The notes: generated from the sequence alone by a model not told the origin. A stretch of 64,000 nucleotides of DNA from Candidatus Nanohaloarchaea archaeon (GCA_014297435.1 JACOQA010000001.1:32001-96000); one strand, 5' to 3'. Shown: positions 1-10,001, numbered from the stretch's first letter. A program made the numbers and translations.

Positions 1-313
1 CTTCCTTTCTAATCCTCTGCTTCAACTCCTTGTCGTTGGTAGCCACTAAGTAATCTGAGGAAACATCTAAAAGGAGATCGTCGACAGTTCCTTCTCCTTC
101 AGTCTCCAGAACCTCAATATCAAGCTTCTCAATCAGTGTCTCGACCAAGTCTCCATACTTCCCGCCCTCGATACTCTTAGCCTCCTGAACCGCATCTTCC
201 AAGGTATAGAGCTGGTGGAATGGATAGAGTCGGTCGAACTCGTCCTCCAAGGTCATCGAAAGCTGGAAGGGCGCTACCAAAAAATTGGTGTCAAGCATGA
301 TTTTCTCGTCCAT
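1..313 (-). CDS. PIN-domain nuclease (Fcf1/Utp24/VapC9-like), 3' end runs off the window
   Basis: Manual translation from ATG at 313: MDEKIMLDTNFLVAPFQL...TVDDLLL...LVATNDKELK. Contains the PIN DTN and ATND motifs. Absent from the ORF track. Confidence 0.85.
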   Translation of the reverse strand, partial: MDEKIMLDTNFLVAPFQLSMTLEDEFDRLYPFHQLYTLEDAVQEAKSIEGGKYGDLVETLIEKLDIEVLETEGEGTVDDLLLDVSSDYLVATNDKELKQRIRKE

Positions 314-365
314 ATAAACCACTTAATGGTCAAACGTCAAAAAGTCCGGTCCCGAAATAGACTCC

Positions 366-1298
366 ATGAATATTGTATCTCTCTGGGATAGCGCTGTAAG
401 TGATTGGGAACTTGAGAGACCGTTCTCAAAGCAACAATACAACCGAGACTACGAGCACTACTCTAAACTAGCAGAGGAGAAAGACGCGAAACTGTTCCTC
501 GCCCACTACACATGGTATAAAGATGGAAGGATGAAGAAAGCCTTTACCTATGAAAACGGTGAGTGGAGGAAAGTAAACGATATTGAAGTTAACGGAGTCT
601 GGGATGCCTTTAAGGTCAACGATGAAACCTTGGAGATAAAGAGGCGGATGGAAGAAAGGCACGTCATAATTAACAGACCTAATGTCGACAGATTGTGTAA
701 AGACAAGCTAGAAACTTACGAAAGATTCAGCAATTTGGTTCCAGAGACTAGGAAAGCCTCAGAAACAAATATTGAGAGAATGATAGAAAAGTATGGTGAA
801 GCTGTCGTGAAACCGAGAGATGACTGGGGTGGAGAAGGGGTACAGATAGTTGAAGATGTTTCCGGATTTAATGATGATTCGGAGGACTGGTTGGTACAGG
901 AGTTCGTTGATGCTTCAGAGGGAATCTCGAAACTTGGAGTAGAAGGAGTACACGATCTCAGGGCCTTAGTCGTAAACGGGGAGGCAGTGACAGGTTTCCT
1001 GAGGCAGCCGGACGAAGGCTTCGTCAGCAACGTACATCAGGGAGGGAGTATCGAAGTAGTTGAACTTGAAAACTTTCCTAGTGGGGCGCTGAATATTGTT
1101 GAACAGGTTAAGGAAGAGATGTCGGATTTAGAACCTTACTTGATGACTGTAGATATGATATATGATTCAGAGACGGATGAGTTCAGGGTGCTGGAGCTTA
1201 ACTCTAAACCAGGAATGAGCTTCTACGGAAGAGAGGATATGAAAAAGGCAAAGTCAAGGGTTATGGAAAGGATTGTTGAGTCTTTCAAAAATGCCTAA
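366..1298 (+). CDS. ATP-grasp ligase (RimK/YheCD-like)
   Basis: DKLETY, VVKPRDDWGGEGV, LVQEFV, DLRALVVNG, SNVHQGG and VLELNSKPG motifs. Confidence 0.85.
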   Translation: MNIVSLWDSAVSDWELERPFSKQQYNRDYEHYSKLAEEKDAKLFLAHYTWYKDGRMKKAFTYENGEWRKVNDIEVNGVWDAFKVNDETLEIKRRMEERHVIINRPNVDRLCKDKLETYERFSNLVPETRKASETNIERMIEKYGEAVVKPRDDWGGEGVQIVEDVSGFNDDSEDWLVQEFVDASEGISKLGVEGVHDLRALVVNGEAVTGFLRQPDEGFVSNVHQGGSIEVVELENFPSGALNIVEQVKEEMSDLEPYLMTVDMIYDSETDEFRVLELNSKPGMSFYGREDMKKAKSRVMERIVESFKNA

Positions 1299-2176
1299 TT
1301 TCTCTGTTTCTTCATAGCTCTTTCATGAAGCCTTTCAACCATTAGAAGCATAACATCTCTCCCGATTATTTCGTTCATTTCCTCATTTATCCCGTATGAT
1401 CCATTTACCTCAAGCACGTAGGCATCTTCTTCTGTCTCGATTACGTCACAGCCGCAAATGTCGAAACCTGTAGCTCTTGCTGCTCTTAATGCAGCTGTCT
1501 TCATTTCCTCGGTAAGTTCTGCTTTTTTTCTTTCTCCGCCGCCTGAAATGTTGGAACGCCATTCATCACCGCTGCTTGATCTACTGTAGGCCATAACTTC
1601 GTCACCTATAACTATTACTCGGTTATCGGTTCCCGCATGTTCCTTAAAATCCTGTAGACATATTTCTTGCTCGAAAGATTTCATCGTGTCCATAACCGGT
1701 TTTAACTCGTTTTCTGAGGAAGCGCGCATCACCCCCTCCCCGCCACCGCCCTTAATGGTCTTCATGATGATCGGGTATCCTAGTGTTTCGGCTGCTTCGA
1801 CGGCTACATCGGGTGAGAGCGTATAGACGCTGTCCGGTACTTTGATACCTGTCTCGGCAAGAACTTTCATCGAGTAGAACTTGTTTGATTCGTAGCTGTA
1901 AGTGTCGTTAGCAGCTTGTGTAACGACTCCTTCTTCGTTTAGGATCTCGACTAGATGTTCTGAGAATAGCATGTCTCTGTCGGAGGTTCTAATGTAGACT
2001 GCATCGAATTCCGTCAGATCGACGTCCTTGTAGAGAACTTTCTGCCCCTCATCTGTGTGCACCATCTTTAATCCGTCTACAGGAGCTGCTAATACGGAGT
2101 CGAAGATATCTTCGGCTCTCTCCATAAGCAACTGGTGCTGAGTCGATATCTCCCCGTAGATAATGCCTAGTTTCAT
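1295..2176 (-). CDS. RimK-family alpha-L-glutamate ligase (ATP-grasp)
   Basis: NKFYS, YPIIMKTIKGGGGEGV, DNRVIVIG, WRSNISGGG, GCDVI, YVLEVNG: an intact RimK/LysX motif set. Confidence 0.9.
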   Translation of the reverse strand: MKLGIIYGEISTQHQLLMERAEDIFDSVLAAPVDGLKMVHTDEGQKVLYKDVDLTEFDAVYIRTSDRDMLFSEHLVEILNEEGVVTQAANDTYSYESNKFYSMKVLAETGIKVPDSVYTLSPDVAVEAAETLGYPIIMKTIKGGGGEGVMRASSENELKPVMDTMKSFEQEICLQDFKEHAGTDNRVIVIGDEVMAYSRSSSGDEWRSNISGGGERKKAELTEEMKTAALRAARATGFDICGCDVIETEEDAYVLEVNGSYGINEEMNEIIGRDVMLLMVERLHERAMKKQRN

Positions 2177-2982
2177 TTTTCATCCTCCTTCAAAAGATCG
2201 GCAACTGTCTCGTACACGTTTTTGCCGCTTGCATCCGAGAAAAGCTGTAGGTCGGGATTAGGATTGATATCGAAGATCTGTTCGCCTCTTAGCTTTACTT
2301 CGGCTACAGAGGTCCCTAAGGAGTTCATGCATTCCCTGATTTTTTGTTCCTTTGAGTCTGAAATGTTCGAATATTTAGGGTTTTCATCCTTGAATTTCCA
2401 AGAATCGGAGTCGTCTTTTAGTGAAATTATTTCGTCTCCGACCACCAAGCATCGATATTTCTCTCCTTTGTCGTAGTTCTGGAATAGCAGGACGTCAGTC
2501 TCATATTCTGTTCCTTCGGCAAAGCTTTGGATGTCCTCAACGGTTTCCAGTTTTCTTATTTCCGTCTCCTCCAGATTCTCGATTTTTCTACCTACTAAAG
2601 GAGGTTCGACTTGGTTGTGAACATTTCTGGCAGCCTTTTCGCTTGGTACAACCACGGTATTCGGAGATTTGATATCTCTCTTCTTCAGGACGTAGTATAG
2701 GTAATTTTTCTTTGACAAGGTGAAGAAACAGGTTGAGGATATGTTTGTATTAACGCCTTTTTCTTCTGTCATTTCGAGAAGAACTCTTCCGAAGACAGCG
2801 TTTTTTGGTCTTATTGTTGCGAAAACTGCGTCGTAGTCTTCAATACTGTTTCCGTTCACTCTTACATCCTTATTTCCTTCGATAACTTCTGGCGCTATAC
2901 TATCAAGTTTTTTGTGTTCAACATTATCGAAGAAAGGTTCAAATTCTTCTACAGGTTCCTCAGAGATCGTCAGAAGTTTAAT
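2173..2982 (-). CDS. Degenerate RimK-like ATP-grasp protein, probable ATT start
   Basis: The ORF-track frame stays open for 41 more codons up to ATT AAA CTT CTG (xKLLTISEE..., compare paralog MKLGII). The glycine loop is lost and ExN is replaced by DIN. Confidence 0.7.
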   Translation of the reverse strand: MKLLTISEEPVEEFEPFFDNVEHKKLDSIAPEVIEGNKDVRVNGNSIEDYDAVFATIRPKNAVFGRVLLEMTEEKGVNTNISSTCFFTLSKKNYLYYVLKKRDIKSPNTVVVPSEKAARNVHNQVEPPLVGRKIENLEETEIRKLETVEDIQSFAEGTEYETDVLLFQNYDKGEKYRCLVVGDEIISLKDDSDSWKFKDENPKYSNISDSKEQKIRECMNSLGTSVAEVKLRGEQIFDINPNPDLQLFSDASGKNVYETVADLLKEDEK

Positions 2983-2988
2983 TGTGGA

Positions 2989-4485
2989 TCAATCCTCGTT
3001 AGGAGACCATAGACGTGTTACATCTCCGTTTTTACGCCATTTCTCCATGTAGCTGGATACTGATTCGGGCATGCTCTCCTGCATAAGTCTTCCTTGTCTC
3101 ATAATCTTTGTAAGCCTCGATTCCAGAGTCTTCGAAAGCTCATCGTAGTAATTTCTGTCGGAGTAGATCAAATCGTTCTTAATCCTCCAGAATGCTGTTG
3201 TTCCCTGAGGTGCGAAGACGTAGTATCCCGAATCGTCAACTATTGCGTCCTGAAGTTTTTCTCTTTCAACATAGTATACTCCGCCATTCTTCACAGGGTC
3301 TACAACCAGGACTTCTCTGTTTTCAACTCCTACACATAGAACGAACTGCTTGCCATCTGATTCAGGGAAAATTTCACTTTTCTCTATCTCCGTTGAAGCA
3401 AGTCCGCCATCATTGAACCAGGTCTTAAGTTCGGCGGAAAGATCAGTTATCTTTTCTTTTTCTATAAATGCAGTTTTTACCTCAGACTCGGTGACCTGTC
3501 TTACCGTCTCATATATTTCTTCGGGACTTGATTCTTCCAGTTTCTCATCTATTTCTTCCTGAGTGGATCGGTAGCCAAAGATTTCTAGTGCCATAACTAT
3601 CGAGGCTGCTCCGCTTGTCTCAGGCTTTTCAGCCACGAAATATTCCTTTATATCTTCAAGTGTTTCAAGGTCGCTCTGGGTTCTCTTGAACGCCATCTTT
3701 GAATCCATCATTTTCTGGTTAGGAACAACTATTGTCCGTCCATCCATGGTGTTGAGGCTTGTACTGAAAAGTGATACTTTCTGAACTTCTGCGATTTCGT
3801 CTTCTATCTCGGCTTCTTCGCCAGGTCTGACGTTCCTTGTGTTTTTGAGGTAGATTCCTGCTGCGTAGTTTTCGAAAAGATCCTTAAAGCCGTAGAACAC
3901 TAGTCCTGCGACAAGGAATGCTACTGCCCAAGATGAGGCAGTGACAAGCTCGTCGACAAACGTACTGCCGATCCCAAATTCAGCAAGAGCTACCTGCATC
4001 AATAACAAGTATAGGAATCCTTTGAGTAGTCCTCCCAGAAGATCTATCGATCCTCCGGAAAGCCCTAGTTCATTCATGTAGCTTTCTGTTCCTAGATTCT
4101 TCAGTAGTTCTCTTCCCAGTCTCGTCGATAGATTGATCGCGATGAAGCCAAGTACGGCTACCATTATCGCAGATATTACTCTAGGTACGTAGCTGGCAAG
4201 GCTTGAAAGAACATTGGCGGATAAACCGGTATTTATGTAGAGTAATGCTAATAGAAGAACTCCTGCGTCTAAAATATAAGATAGGTATTCAAGGATCTCG
4301 TACCGGTTCTCAACCTCTCTTTTAGTGAGTTCCTGGCTTCTGTTAGCCCAGTATTTTTTACCTAGTATGTTTACCAGCTTTACGCCTAGATGTCCTAGTA
4401 CAAGAATTAGGAGCGCTACGCCGGTACGTACCAAAGGGTTTTGCCCCATTCCAAAGTCTAGGAGAGAAGCTAGTAACTGAGCCAT
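2989..4485 (-). CDS. MscS-family membrane protein fused to a C39-peptidase-like domain
   Basis: Multiple TM helices, KDLFENYAAGIYL and TIVVPN (MscS beta domain). C-terminal SGAASIVMALEIFG...QFVLCVG...VLVVDP resembles a C39 fold lacking the catalytic Cys/His. Confidence 0.75.
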   Translation of the reverse strand: MAQLLASLLDFGMGQNPLVRTGVALLILVLGHLGVKLVNILGKKYWANRSQELTKREVENRYEILEYLSYILDAGVLLLALLYINTGLSANVLSSLASYVPRVISAIMVAVLGFIAINLSTRLGRELLKNLGTESYMNELGLSGGSIDLLGGLLKGFLYLLLMQVALAEFGIGSTFVDELVTASSWAVAFLVAGLVFYGFKDLFENYAAGIYLKNTRNVRPGEEAEIEDEIAEVQKVSLFSTSLNTMDGRTIVVPNQKMMDSKMAFKRTQSDLETLEDIKEYFVAEKPETSGAASIVMALEIFGYRSTQEEIDEKLEESSPEEIYETVRQVTESEVKTAFIEKEKITDLSAELKTWFNDGGLASTEIEKSEIFPESDGKQFVLCVGVENREVLVVDPVKNGGVYYVEREKLQDAIVDDSGYYVFAPQGTTAFWRIKNDLIYSDRNYYDELSKTLESRLTKIMRQGRLMQESMPESVSSYMEKWRKNGDVTRLWSPNED

Positions 4486-4526
4486 ATAATTAGTTCATCC
4501 TCCTTCAGCCTATAAAAAACCGTGTG

Positions 4527-5717
4527 TCATTCTTTCGACACGATCTCTCCATGGCCGATTAGGCGCCATCTGGAGCCTATCTGGCGGGAGATAGCGACCC
4601 TGTCACCTTCTTCTGCGCATACAGGCACTTTGAGGTCTACTTTGATCCTGTCGCCGGCCTGAGTTACGTAACCTGCTGACTTGCTTGTGCCGACGTTGAG
4701 CATAAGAGGTTCTTTCTCCTTGATGTTCTCGATCTCCTGCTCGTTCTCAGAACCTACAAGACGGTCCATAAGCTCAACATCTACTGTTATATTGTACGTG
4801 ACTTCAGGAAGTTCTCCTTCACGTCCCATGATGTTGCCTGAAAGACCATCAGATTTTCCAAGTGAAGGATCTAGCTTTGTTTCTACTGCGAGAAGTCCTC
4901 CAGGTTTACCTTTCCCTACAGGATTGCCTCCATGGAAAATGTTGGAAACCTCGGTCTTTACAGGCTCCCATTCGTCTTCGGCGACTTTTACGCCAGGACG
5001 GATCTCGACTTTCTCGCCCTTCTCCAGCTCGCCTTTAGTCAGGGAGCCTCCGACAACGCCTCCTTTTATCTCGGAGATCTCGCTTCCTGGCTTGTTGATG
5101 TCGAAAGATCTTGCAAGAAGCATCTTCGGTGCTGCATCATTGTCTCTTTCCGGTGTAGGGATCTCTTCATCAACTGCTTCAAGCAGCGCATCGATGTTAA
5201 CCTGTTGCTGTGCAGAGACAGGTATAATAGGTGCTTCCTCTGCAACAGAACCTTCTAGGAAGTTCTTGATCTGTTCGTAGTTTTCTCGGGCTTCTTCTTT
5301 AGATACTTTGTCTATCTTGTTCTGTACTACTACAATGTTTTCTACTCCTGCGATATCCAGGGCTGCGAGGTGTTCTCTTGTCTGTGGCTGAGGGCAGTCC
5401 TCATCTGCGGCTACAAGAAGGATTGCGCCGTCCATAATCGCTGCTCCTGAAAGAACGTTTGCCATCAGGGTCTCGTGTCCTGGTGCATCGACAAGCGAAA
5501 CAGTTCTCTCAATTTTGCCGTCTCCATCTACGTTCAGCTCACCATCATCATTATAGTATGTGATGTCGGCGTAGCCGAGCTTGATGGTGATGCCTCTCTT
5601 CAATTCTTCTGAGTGTTCGTCAGTCCATTTGCCTGAGAGGGCGTTTGTTAGGGTTGTCTTTCCGTGGTCTACGTGACCTACGAGCCCGATGTTTACCTCG
5701 GGTATTTTATCTGTCAT
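4527..5717 (-). CDS. eif2g: Translation initiation factor 2 gamma subunit
   Basis: [48 protein letters not shown]. Confidence 0.97.
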   Translation of the reverse strand: MTDKIPEVNIGLVGHVDHGKTTLTNALSGKWTDEHSEELKRGITIKLGYADITYYNDDGELNVDGDGKIERTVSLVDAPGHETLMANVLSGAAIMDGAILLVAADEDCPQPQTREHLAALDIAGVENIVVVQNKIDKVSKEEARENYEQIKNFLEGSVAEEAPIIPVSAQQQVNIDALLEAVDEEIPTPERDNDAAPKMLLARSFDINKPGSEISEIKGGVVGGSLTKGELEKGEKVEIRPGVKVAEDEWEPVKTEVSNIFHGGNPVGKGKPGGLLAVETKLDPSLGKSDGLSGNIMGREGELPEVTYNITVDVELMDRLVGSENEQEIENIKEKEPLMLNVGTSKSAGYVTQAGDRIKVDLKVPVCAEEGDRVAISRQIGSRWRLIGHGEIVSKE

Positions 5718-5977
5718 AATATAATTTCATCCTCCGGAACCTTGATAGTTCTTTCTTCGTTCGAAAGTTGGTATTTTTTGGCGAAGGAGAATGAAAATCT
5801 CTCCTCCACTGTGTACTGATTGTCTCGATAACTTACTTCTTCTCCTTCTTGAAACCTAAAACCTCTTAGAGACTCGGTATAAGATTCGACTTCCTGTTTG
5901 TAAGGAAGTGAATCTGCCTTTTTCTCCAGCTTGTTTACTTTTCTATGGAGTTTCCGAGTCCAGGGTTCGTGAGTCAT
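5714..5977 (-). CDS. Hypothetical protein (possible small beta-barrel C-terminus)
   Basis: 87-aa ORF with 4-nt overlaps to both rps6e and eif2g. Confidence 0.6.
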   Translation of the reverse strand: MTHEPWTRKLHRKVNKLEKKADSLPYKQEVESYTESLRGFRFQEGEEVSYRDNQYTVEERFSFSFAKKYQLSNEERTIKVPEDEIIL

Positions 5978-6345
5978 TCCTCGTCTTCTGAGAGAAGTTC
6001 TTCGATCGATTCAGATCCTTCATCGACAACTGTCGTGTTAAGCTGCTCGATCGCATCCGATACAGTATTTCCTCTTACTGACTTTCTCTTTCTTTCTCCT
6101 TTCTCTTCTGCGTCGATCCCTGCACCTGAGTCGAGAAGGATTCTACGTCTTCCTGTGCCTTCGATCGATTTTCTCATAGGGAAGCCTTGCTTGTCGCTTC
6201 CGCCGGTAATTTCAAGTTCGTATCCTTCGAGACCGATGATTCCGCCGTCAAAGGTTTCGCCAATCTGTTTTCCTGCGAGTTTGGAAGATTCTTCGGTTTC
6301 GACTTGATGTGTATTTCCGTCGTTGTCTCCGACTGTAACTTTCAT
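5974..6345 (-). CDS. rps6e: 30S ribosomal protein S6e
   Basis: LEITGGSDKQGFPMR and GERKRKSVRGN; GGTGA SD motif upstream. Confidence 0.97.
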   Translation of the reverse strand: MKVTVGDNDGNTHQVETEESSKLAGKQIGETFDGGIIGLEGYELEITGGSDKQGFPMRKSIEGTGRRRILLDSGAGIDAEEKGERKRKSVRGNTVSDAIEQLNTTVVDEGSESIEELLSEDEE

Positions 6346-6450
6346 TATTTGTTCACCTTTGCTCAGTTCGGTTAGTTCCGAGCATCAATAACCGGTCTTC
6401 TAAGCTTTAAATATGAACACTTTTTATTCAGGCCATCGGAAATACGGTTT

Positions 6451-7878
6451 ATGAGGAGTTCAGTTATAGATGATATTGTCGGAAGCTTCCTGAAGATATA
6501 CTCTTTAGTGCTCCTCGTACCGTTTTTTGTCGGAATCTACTTCATGGACTCTATTTTGACAGTTACAGGATTTGGTCTTGCATCTCTGGTTTCTTTCACA
6601 CTAGGTTATGGGCTTTCCGGTTCTACCAAGAAACCTACTGTTTCCGAAGCCATGTTCGCTACAGTACTTGGATGGATACTGGCTATCATACTGGGGGCGA
6701 TACCTTTCATGAGCCACGTTCCTATGATCGATGCTATATTCGAGTCAAGTGCAGGTCTTACAACCACAGGAATCTCTATGGTTCTTGAGCCTTCCAGCCT
6801 GCCTCAATCACTGCTGTTCTGGAGAGGTTTCTCCCAGTGGATCGGAGGTCTAGGAATACTAACATTCTTTATAGCGGTTGTAAGAGAGTCTGGAGGCGTC
6901 ACGAGAAGGCTTTACTCCGCAGAGTCGCATAAGACAGATTCTGGCTCTATAAGACCTTCGCTTAAGAAATCAATAGTTGATCTATGGAAGGTTTACGGTT
7001 TCATAACTGTTCTTTTCGGAGCTATCTATCTGGGTCTCGATATGTCGATATTTGACTCTTTAATGCACGTCTTCTCAGGTATCTCAACAGGAGGTTTTTC
7101 AACACAGGCTTCAAGCATAGGAGGATTCTCTTTAGGCGTCCAGATAGCGACGATTCCGCTAATGTTGCTTGGAGGGATCAACTTCGTCCTGCTATACAAA
7201 CTTCTGAAGATGGATGTCCGCCCTCTTATCGGTAGTTCGGAGTTCAAGATGTACGTTATGATCTTTCTCGGAGTCGCTCTGATGACTTCTACAGAACTAT
7301 TCGTTACCGGAGGGAACTTAGTTGTTTCGATCTTTGAGGGAAGCTTCAAATCAGCCGCAGTGATTTCATCGACAGGGTACTCTACCTTTTCTATCACATC
7401 GCTTTCCGTAGCTTTACAGGTTGTTTTCCTCGCAGTTATGTTTGTCGGAGGATCTTTAGGTTCAACATCAGGAGGATGGAAAGTCTTCAGACTAAAGACG
7501 ATGTACGAAGCTTTGAAGGTCAGGTTAAGAGGTTACAAGCTTCCAGAATCTGCTATAAACAAGGTCAAGATAGATGGAGAGATTGTAAATAATTCAACGG
7601 TTAGAACGATCTCGGTTCTATTCTTTACGTGGATTTCGATGATATTTGTCTCAAGCGTTCTGGTTTTGGTTGCGGATGGAACAAGCTTCATGGCTGCGCT
7701 TTCAGGCTCTATTTCAGCTGCTGGAAACATGGGTCCGGTGTACATGTCGGGGAACGAGATGCTTGCTCTTTCCGGTTTCACAAAGATTCTCTGGAGCTTC
7801 CTGATGCTTGCCGGTCGTTTGGAGATGCTTCCTCTGCTGGCAATATTTAATAGGGAGCTTTTCGAAGGTTCTAAATAA
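6451..7878 (+). CDS. trkH: TrkH potassium uptake membrane protein
   Basis: FESSAGLTTTG, QWIGGLG, STGGFS, GGSLGSTSGG, GNMGP, MLAGRLE. Confidence 0.95.
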   Translation: MRSSVIDDIVGSFLKIYSLVLLVPFFVGIYFMDSILTVTGFGLASLVSFTLGYGLSGSTKKPTVSEAMFATVLGWILAIILGAIPFMSHVPMIDAIFESSAGLTTTGISMVLEPSSLPQSLLFWRGFSQWIGGLGILTFFIAVVRESGGVTRRLYSAESHKTDSGSIRPSLKKSIVDLWKVYGFITVLFGAIYLGLDMSIFDSLMHVFSGISTGGFSTQASSIGGFSLGVQIATIPLMLLGGINFVLLYKLLKMDVRPLIGSSEFKMYVMIFLGVALMTSTELFVTGGNLVVSIFEGSFKSAAVISSTGYSTFSITSLSVALQVVFLAVMFVGGSLGSTSGGWKVFRLKTMYEALKVRLRGYKLPESAINKVKIDGEIVNNSTVRTISVLFFTWISMIFVSSVLVLVADGTSFMAALSGSISAAGNMGPVYMSGNEMLALSGFTKILWSFLMLAGRLEMLPLLAIFNRELFEGSK

Positions 7879-7879
7879 T

Positions 7880-8539
7880 ATGTATGTAGTAATCGCAGGA
7901 ATCACGACGCTGGGAAGAAAGCTGGTTGAAGAGCTTGAAGACAATCATGACATAGTCGTGATCGATGAAGACCAGGACAGATGTGAAAGACTTTACTCTT
8001 CATCTGGTGCGACAGTGATCAACAAATCTCCATCGAATATTACAGCTCTGGAGGATGCGGGAGTTACGAAAGCAGATGTACTAATATCTGCTCTGGATGA
8101 TGATAACAGCAACATGGTTGTATGCTCGCTTGCGAAGAAATATGGTGTACCTAAAGTTGTTTCAAGAGTGGAAAATGATGAGTATCTTGAGGCATTCGAG
8201 ATAGTGGGAGCTGAACCTATCGCCCACACAGATATCTTACTATCCGAGTTCTTGTCTTACGTAGAACATCCGTATTTGTTGAAGCTTGCGAACCTTTCGA
8301 ATAATCGTGAGATCTTGAAAGCTTCGATCAAAGAAGGTTCGGGTCTCGAAGGAAGGACTCCTAAAGAAATGCAGCAGGACGATAAGTTTCCTGACCGTTT
8401 TAAAGTAGTTTCAGTTCTACAGGACGATAAAACTATCTCCGACGACCTGAATATCCAGTTGAATCAGGAGGACAAGATGATTATGATAGGTCCTTCGGAT
8501 ATGACGGACAAACTTGATCGGTATTTCCAGAAACAGTGA
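7880..8539 (+). CDS. trkA: TrkA potassium uptake regulatory subunit (RCK domains)
   Basis: ATG at 7880 directly after the trkH stop; Rossmann-like start, LEDAGVTKAD, NMVVCSLAK. Confidence 0.9.
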   Translation: MYVVIAGITTLGRKLVEELEDNHDIVVIDEDQDRCERLYSSSGATVINKSPSNITALEDAGVTKADVLISALDDDNSNMVVCSLAKKYGVPKVVSRVENDEYLEAFEIVGAEPIAHTDILLSEFLSYVEHPYLLKLANLSNNREILKASIKEGSGLEGRTPKEMQQDDKFPDRFKVVSVLQDDKTISDDLNIQLNQEDKMIMIGPSDMTDKLDRYFQKQ

Positions 8540-8573
8540 AAGAATTCTTAATCTTTCTCTCTAACTATCTTCC

Positions 8574-10001
8574 GTGACAGCTGTAGTCTGGATTCGACGA
8601 AGTTTGAGAGAGTATGATAACACTGCTTTAGTTGAAGCTTCGAAAGAACATGAAGAGTTAATACCGTTCTACGTTGTGGACGACGATTACTTCTCAAACG
8701 CCGAGCTAGGCTATCCCCGTGTTAAGTTCTGGCATGATTCCTTAGTCGAACTCAAAGAAGGTATGAAAGAGGAAGGAAAGGATCTGATAGTTAGGAAGGG
8801 AAGACCGATCGAGCAGCTGAAAAACATAGTTGAGGAGACGGATCCTGATGAGGTTTACTATAACCGGGATTATTCGCCGTACTCGAAAAAAAGAGATAGC
8901 AGGGCTGAGGAAGAGCTTGAAGTACCCGTTAATTCGTTTAAAGACATCGTGATGTTTGAGAAGGAGGAAATTCTTACTAATTCAGGAACGCCTTACAAGG
9001 TTTACAGTTATTACGCGAAGAAATGGTTTGATAAAAAGAAGCGTAGACCGGGAAAACCTGAAGATTATACTGTTCCAGAGCTTGGGTCGGATGAAATTCC
9101 TTCCGTGAATGATTTAGGCTACGAAAAACCTGAAGAAATGAATTGGTACTGGAATCCGGGTAGAGAAGGCGGCAAAAAGAGGTTAGAGGAGTTCAAGGAT
9201 AAGATCTGGAACTATGATGAGAACCGGGATTATGCCTGGAAAGACTCGACTTCAAAACTTTCTCCGCACCTGAAGTTTGGAACTGTCTCGATCAGAGAGG
9301 TTTTCTGGGAGGCTGAACGTATCAAAGCCCGGAAACCCGATATGGATGCTGAAGGAATAAAGACATGGCAGGAGGAACTGGCTTGGCGCGACTTCTACTT
9401 CCAAGTCATGTGGAACTTTCCGTACTGTGTCGAAAAACCTTTCCTCGAACAGTACGAAGATCTGGAATGGAGATCTAAAGAAGAGGCAAGCGAGGAATGG
9501 GAGCGTTTTATCGAAGGCAGAACTGGTTATCCGTTTGTAGATGCTGGTATGCGCCAACTGAAAGAGGAGGGTTGGATGCATAACAGATTGAGAATGGTTG
9601 TAACCAGTTTTGCCTGTAAGGACCTTTGGCTTGACTGGAAAGACATTCATTCTTACTTTAAGAGGATGTTCGTTGACGCTGAACTCTCAGCCATGATAGG
9701 TGGGATACAATGGGCATACTCAATAGGTACTGACGCTCAACCATACTTCCGAGTTTTCAACCCACGTAGTCAGAGCGAAAGCTATGATCCGGATGGAGAA
9801 TACATCCGGGAATACGTTCCGGAGTTAGAGGATGTTCCTGATAAGTACATCCATAACCCGCAGAAGATGCCTAAGACCGCACAGCATGATGCGGACTGTA
9901 TTGTTGGAGAGGATTACCCTGAACCCATCGTAGATCATGATGATTGTAGGAAGGAGGCTGTATCGAGGTTCGAAAAGGTAAGAGAAGATGAAGATGATTA
10001 A
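8574..10001 (+). CDS. phr: Deoxyribodipyrimidine photolyase (class I CPD)
   Basis: TSKLSPHLKFG, ELAWRDFY, TGYPFVDAGMRQL, WMHNRLRM, QPYFRVFNP. Confidence 0.95.
   Translation: MTAVVWIRRSLREYDNTALVEASKEHEELIPFYVVDDDYFSNAELGYPRVKFWHDSLVELKEGMKEEGKDLIVRKGRPIEQLKNIVEETDPDEVYYNRDYSPYSKKRDSRAEEELEVPVNSFKDIVMFEKEEILTNSGTPYKVYSYYAKKWFDKKKRRPGKPEDYTVPELGSDEIPSVNDLGYEKPEEMNWYWNPGREGGKKRLEEFKDKIWNYDENRDYAWKDSTSKLSPHLKFGTVSIREVFWEAERIKARKPDMDAEGIKTWQEELAWRDFYFQVMWNFPYCVEKPFLEQYEDLEWRSKEEASEEWERFIEGRTGYPFVDAGMRQLKEEGWMHNRLRMVVTSFACKDLWLDWKDIHSYFKRMFVDAELSAMIGGIQWAYSIGTDAQPYFRVFNPRSQSESYDPDGEYIREYVPELEDVPDKYIHNPQKMPKTAQHDADCIVGEDYPEPIVDHDDCRKEAVSRFEKVREDEDD

Noticed and set aside
2989-2991. Selenocysteine recoding of the in-frame TGA
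   Set aside because: It is not at a catalytic Cys position, and no SECIS or Sec machinery is visible; ATT initiation is simpler.
5974-6000. eS6 C-terminal EDEE as a RimK substrate, by analogy to bacterial bS6
   Set aside because: eS6 is unrelated to bS6, and acidic C-termini are ubiquitous in this proteome.
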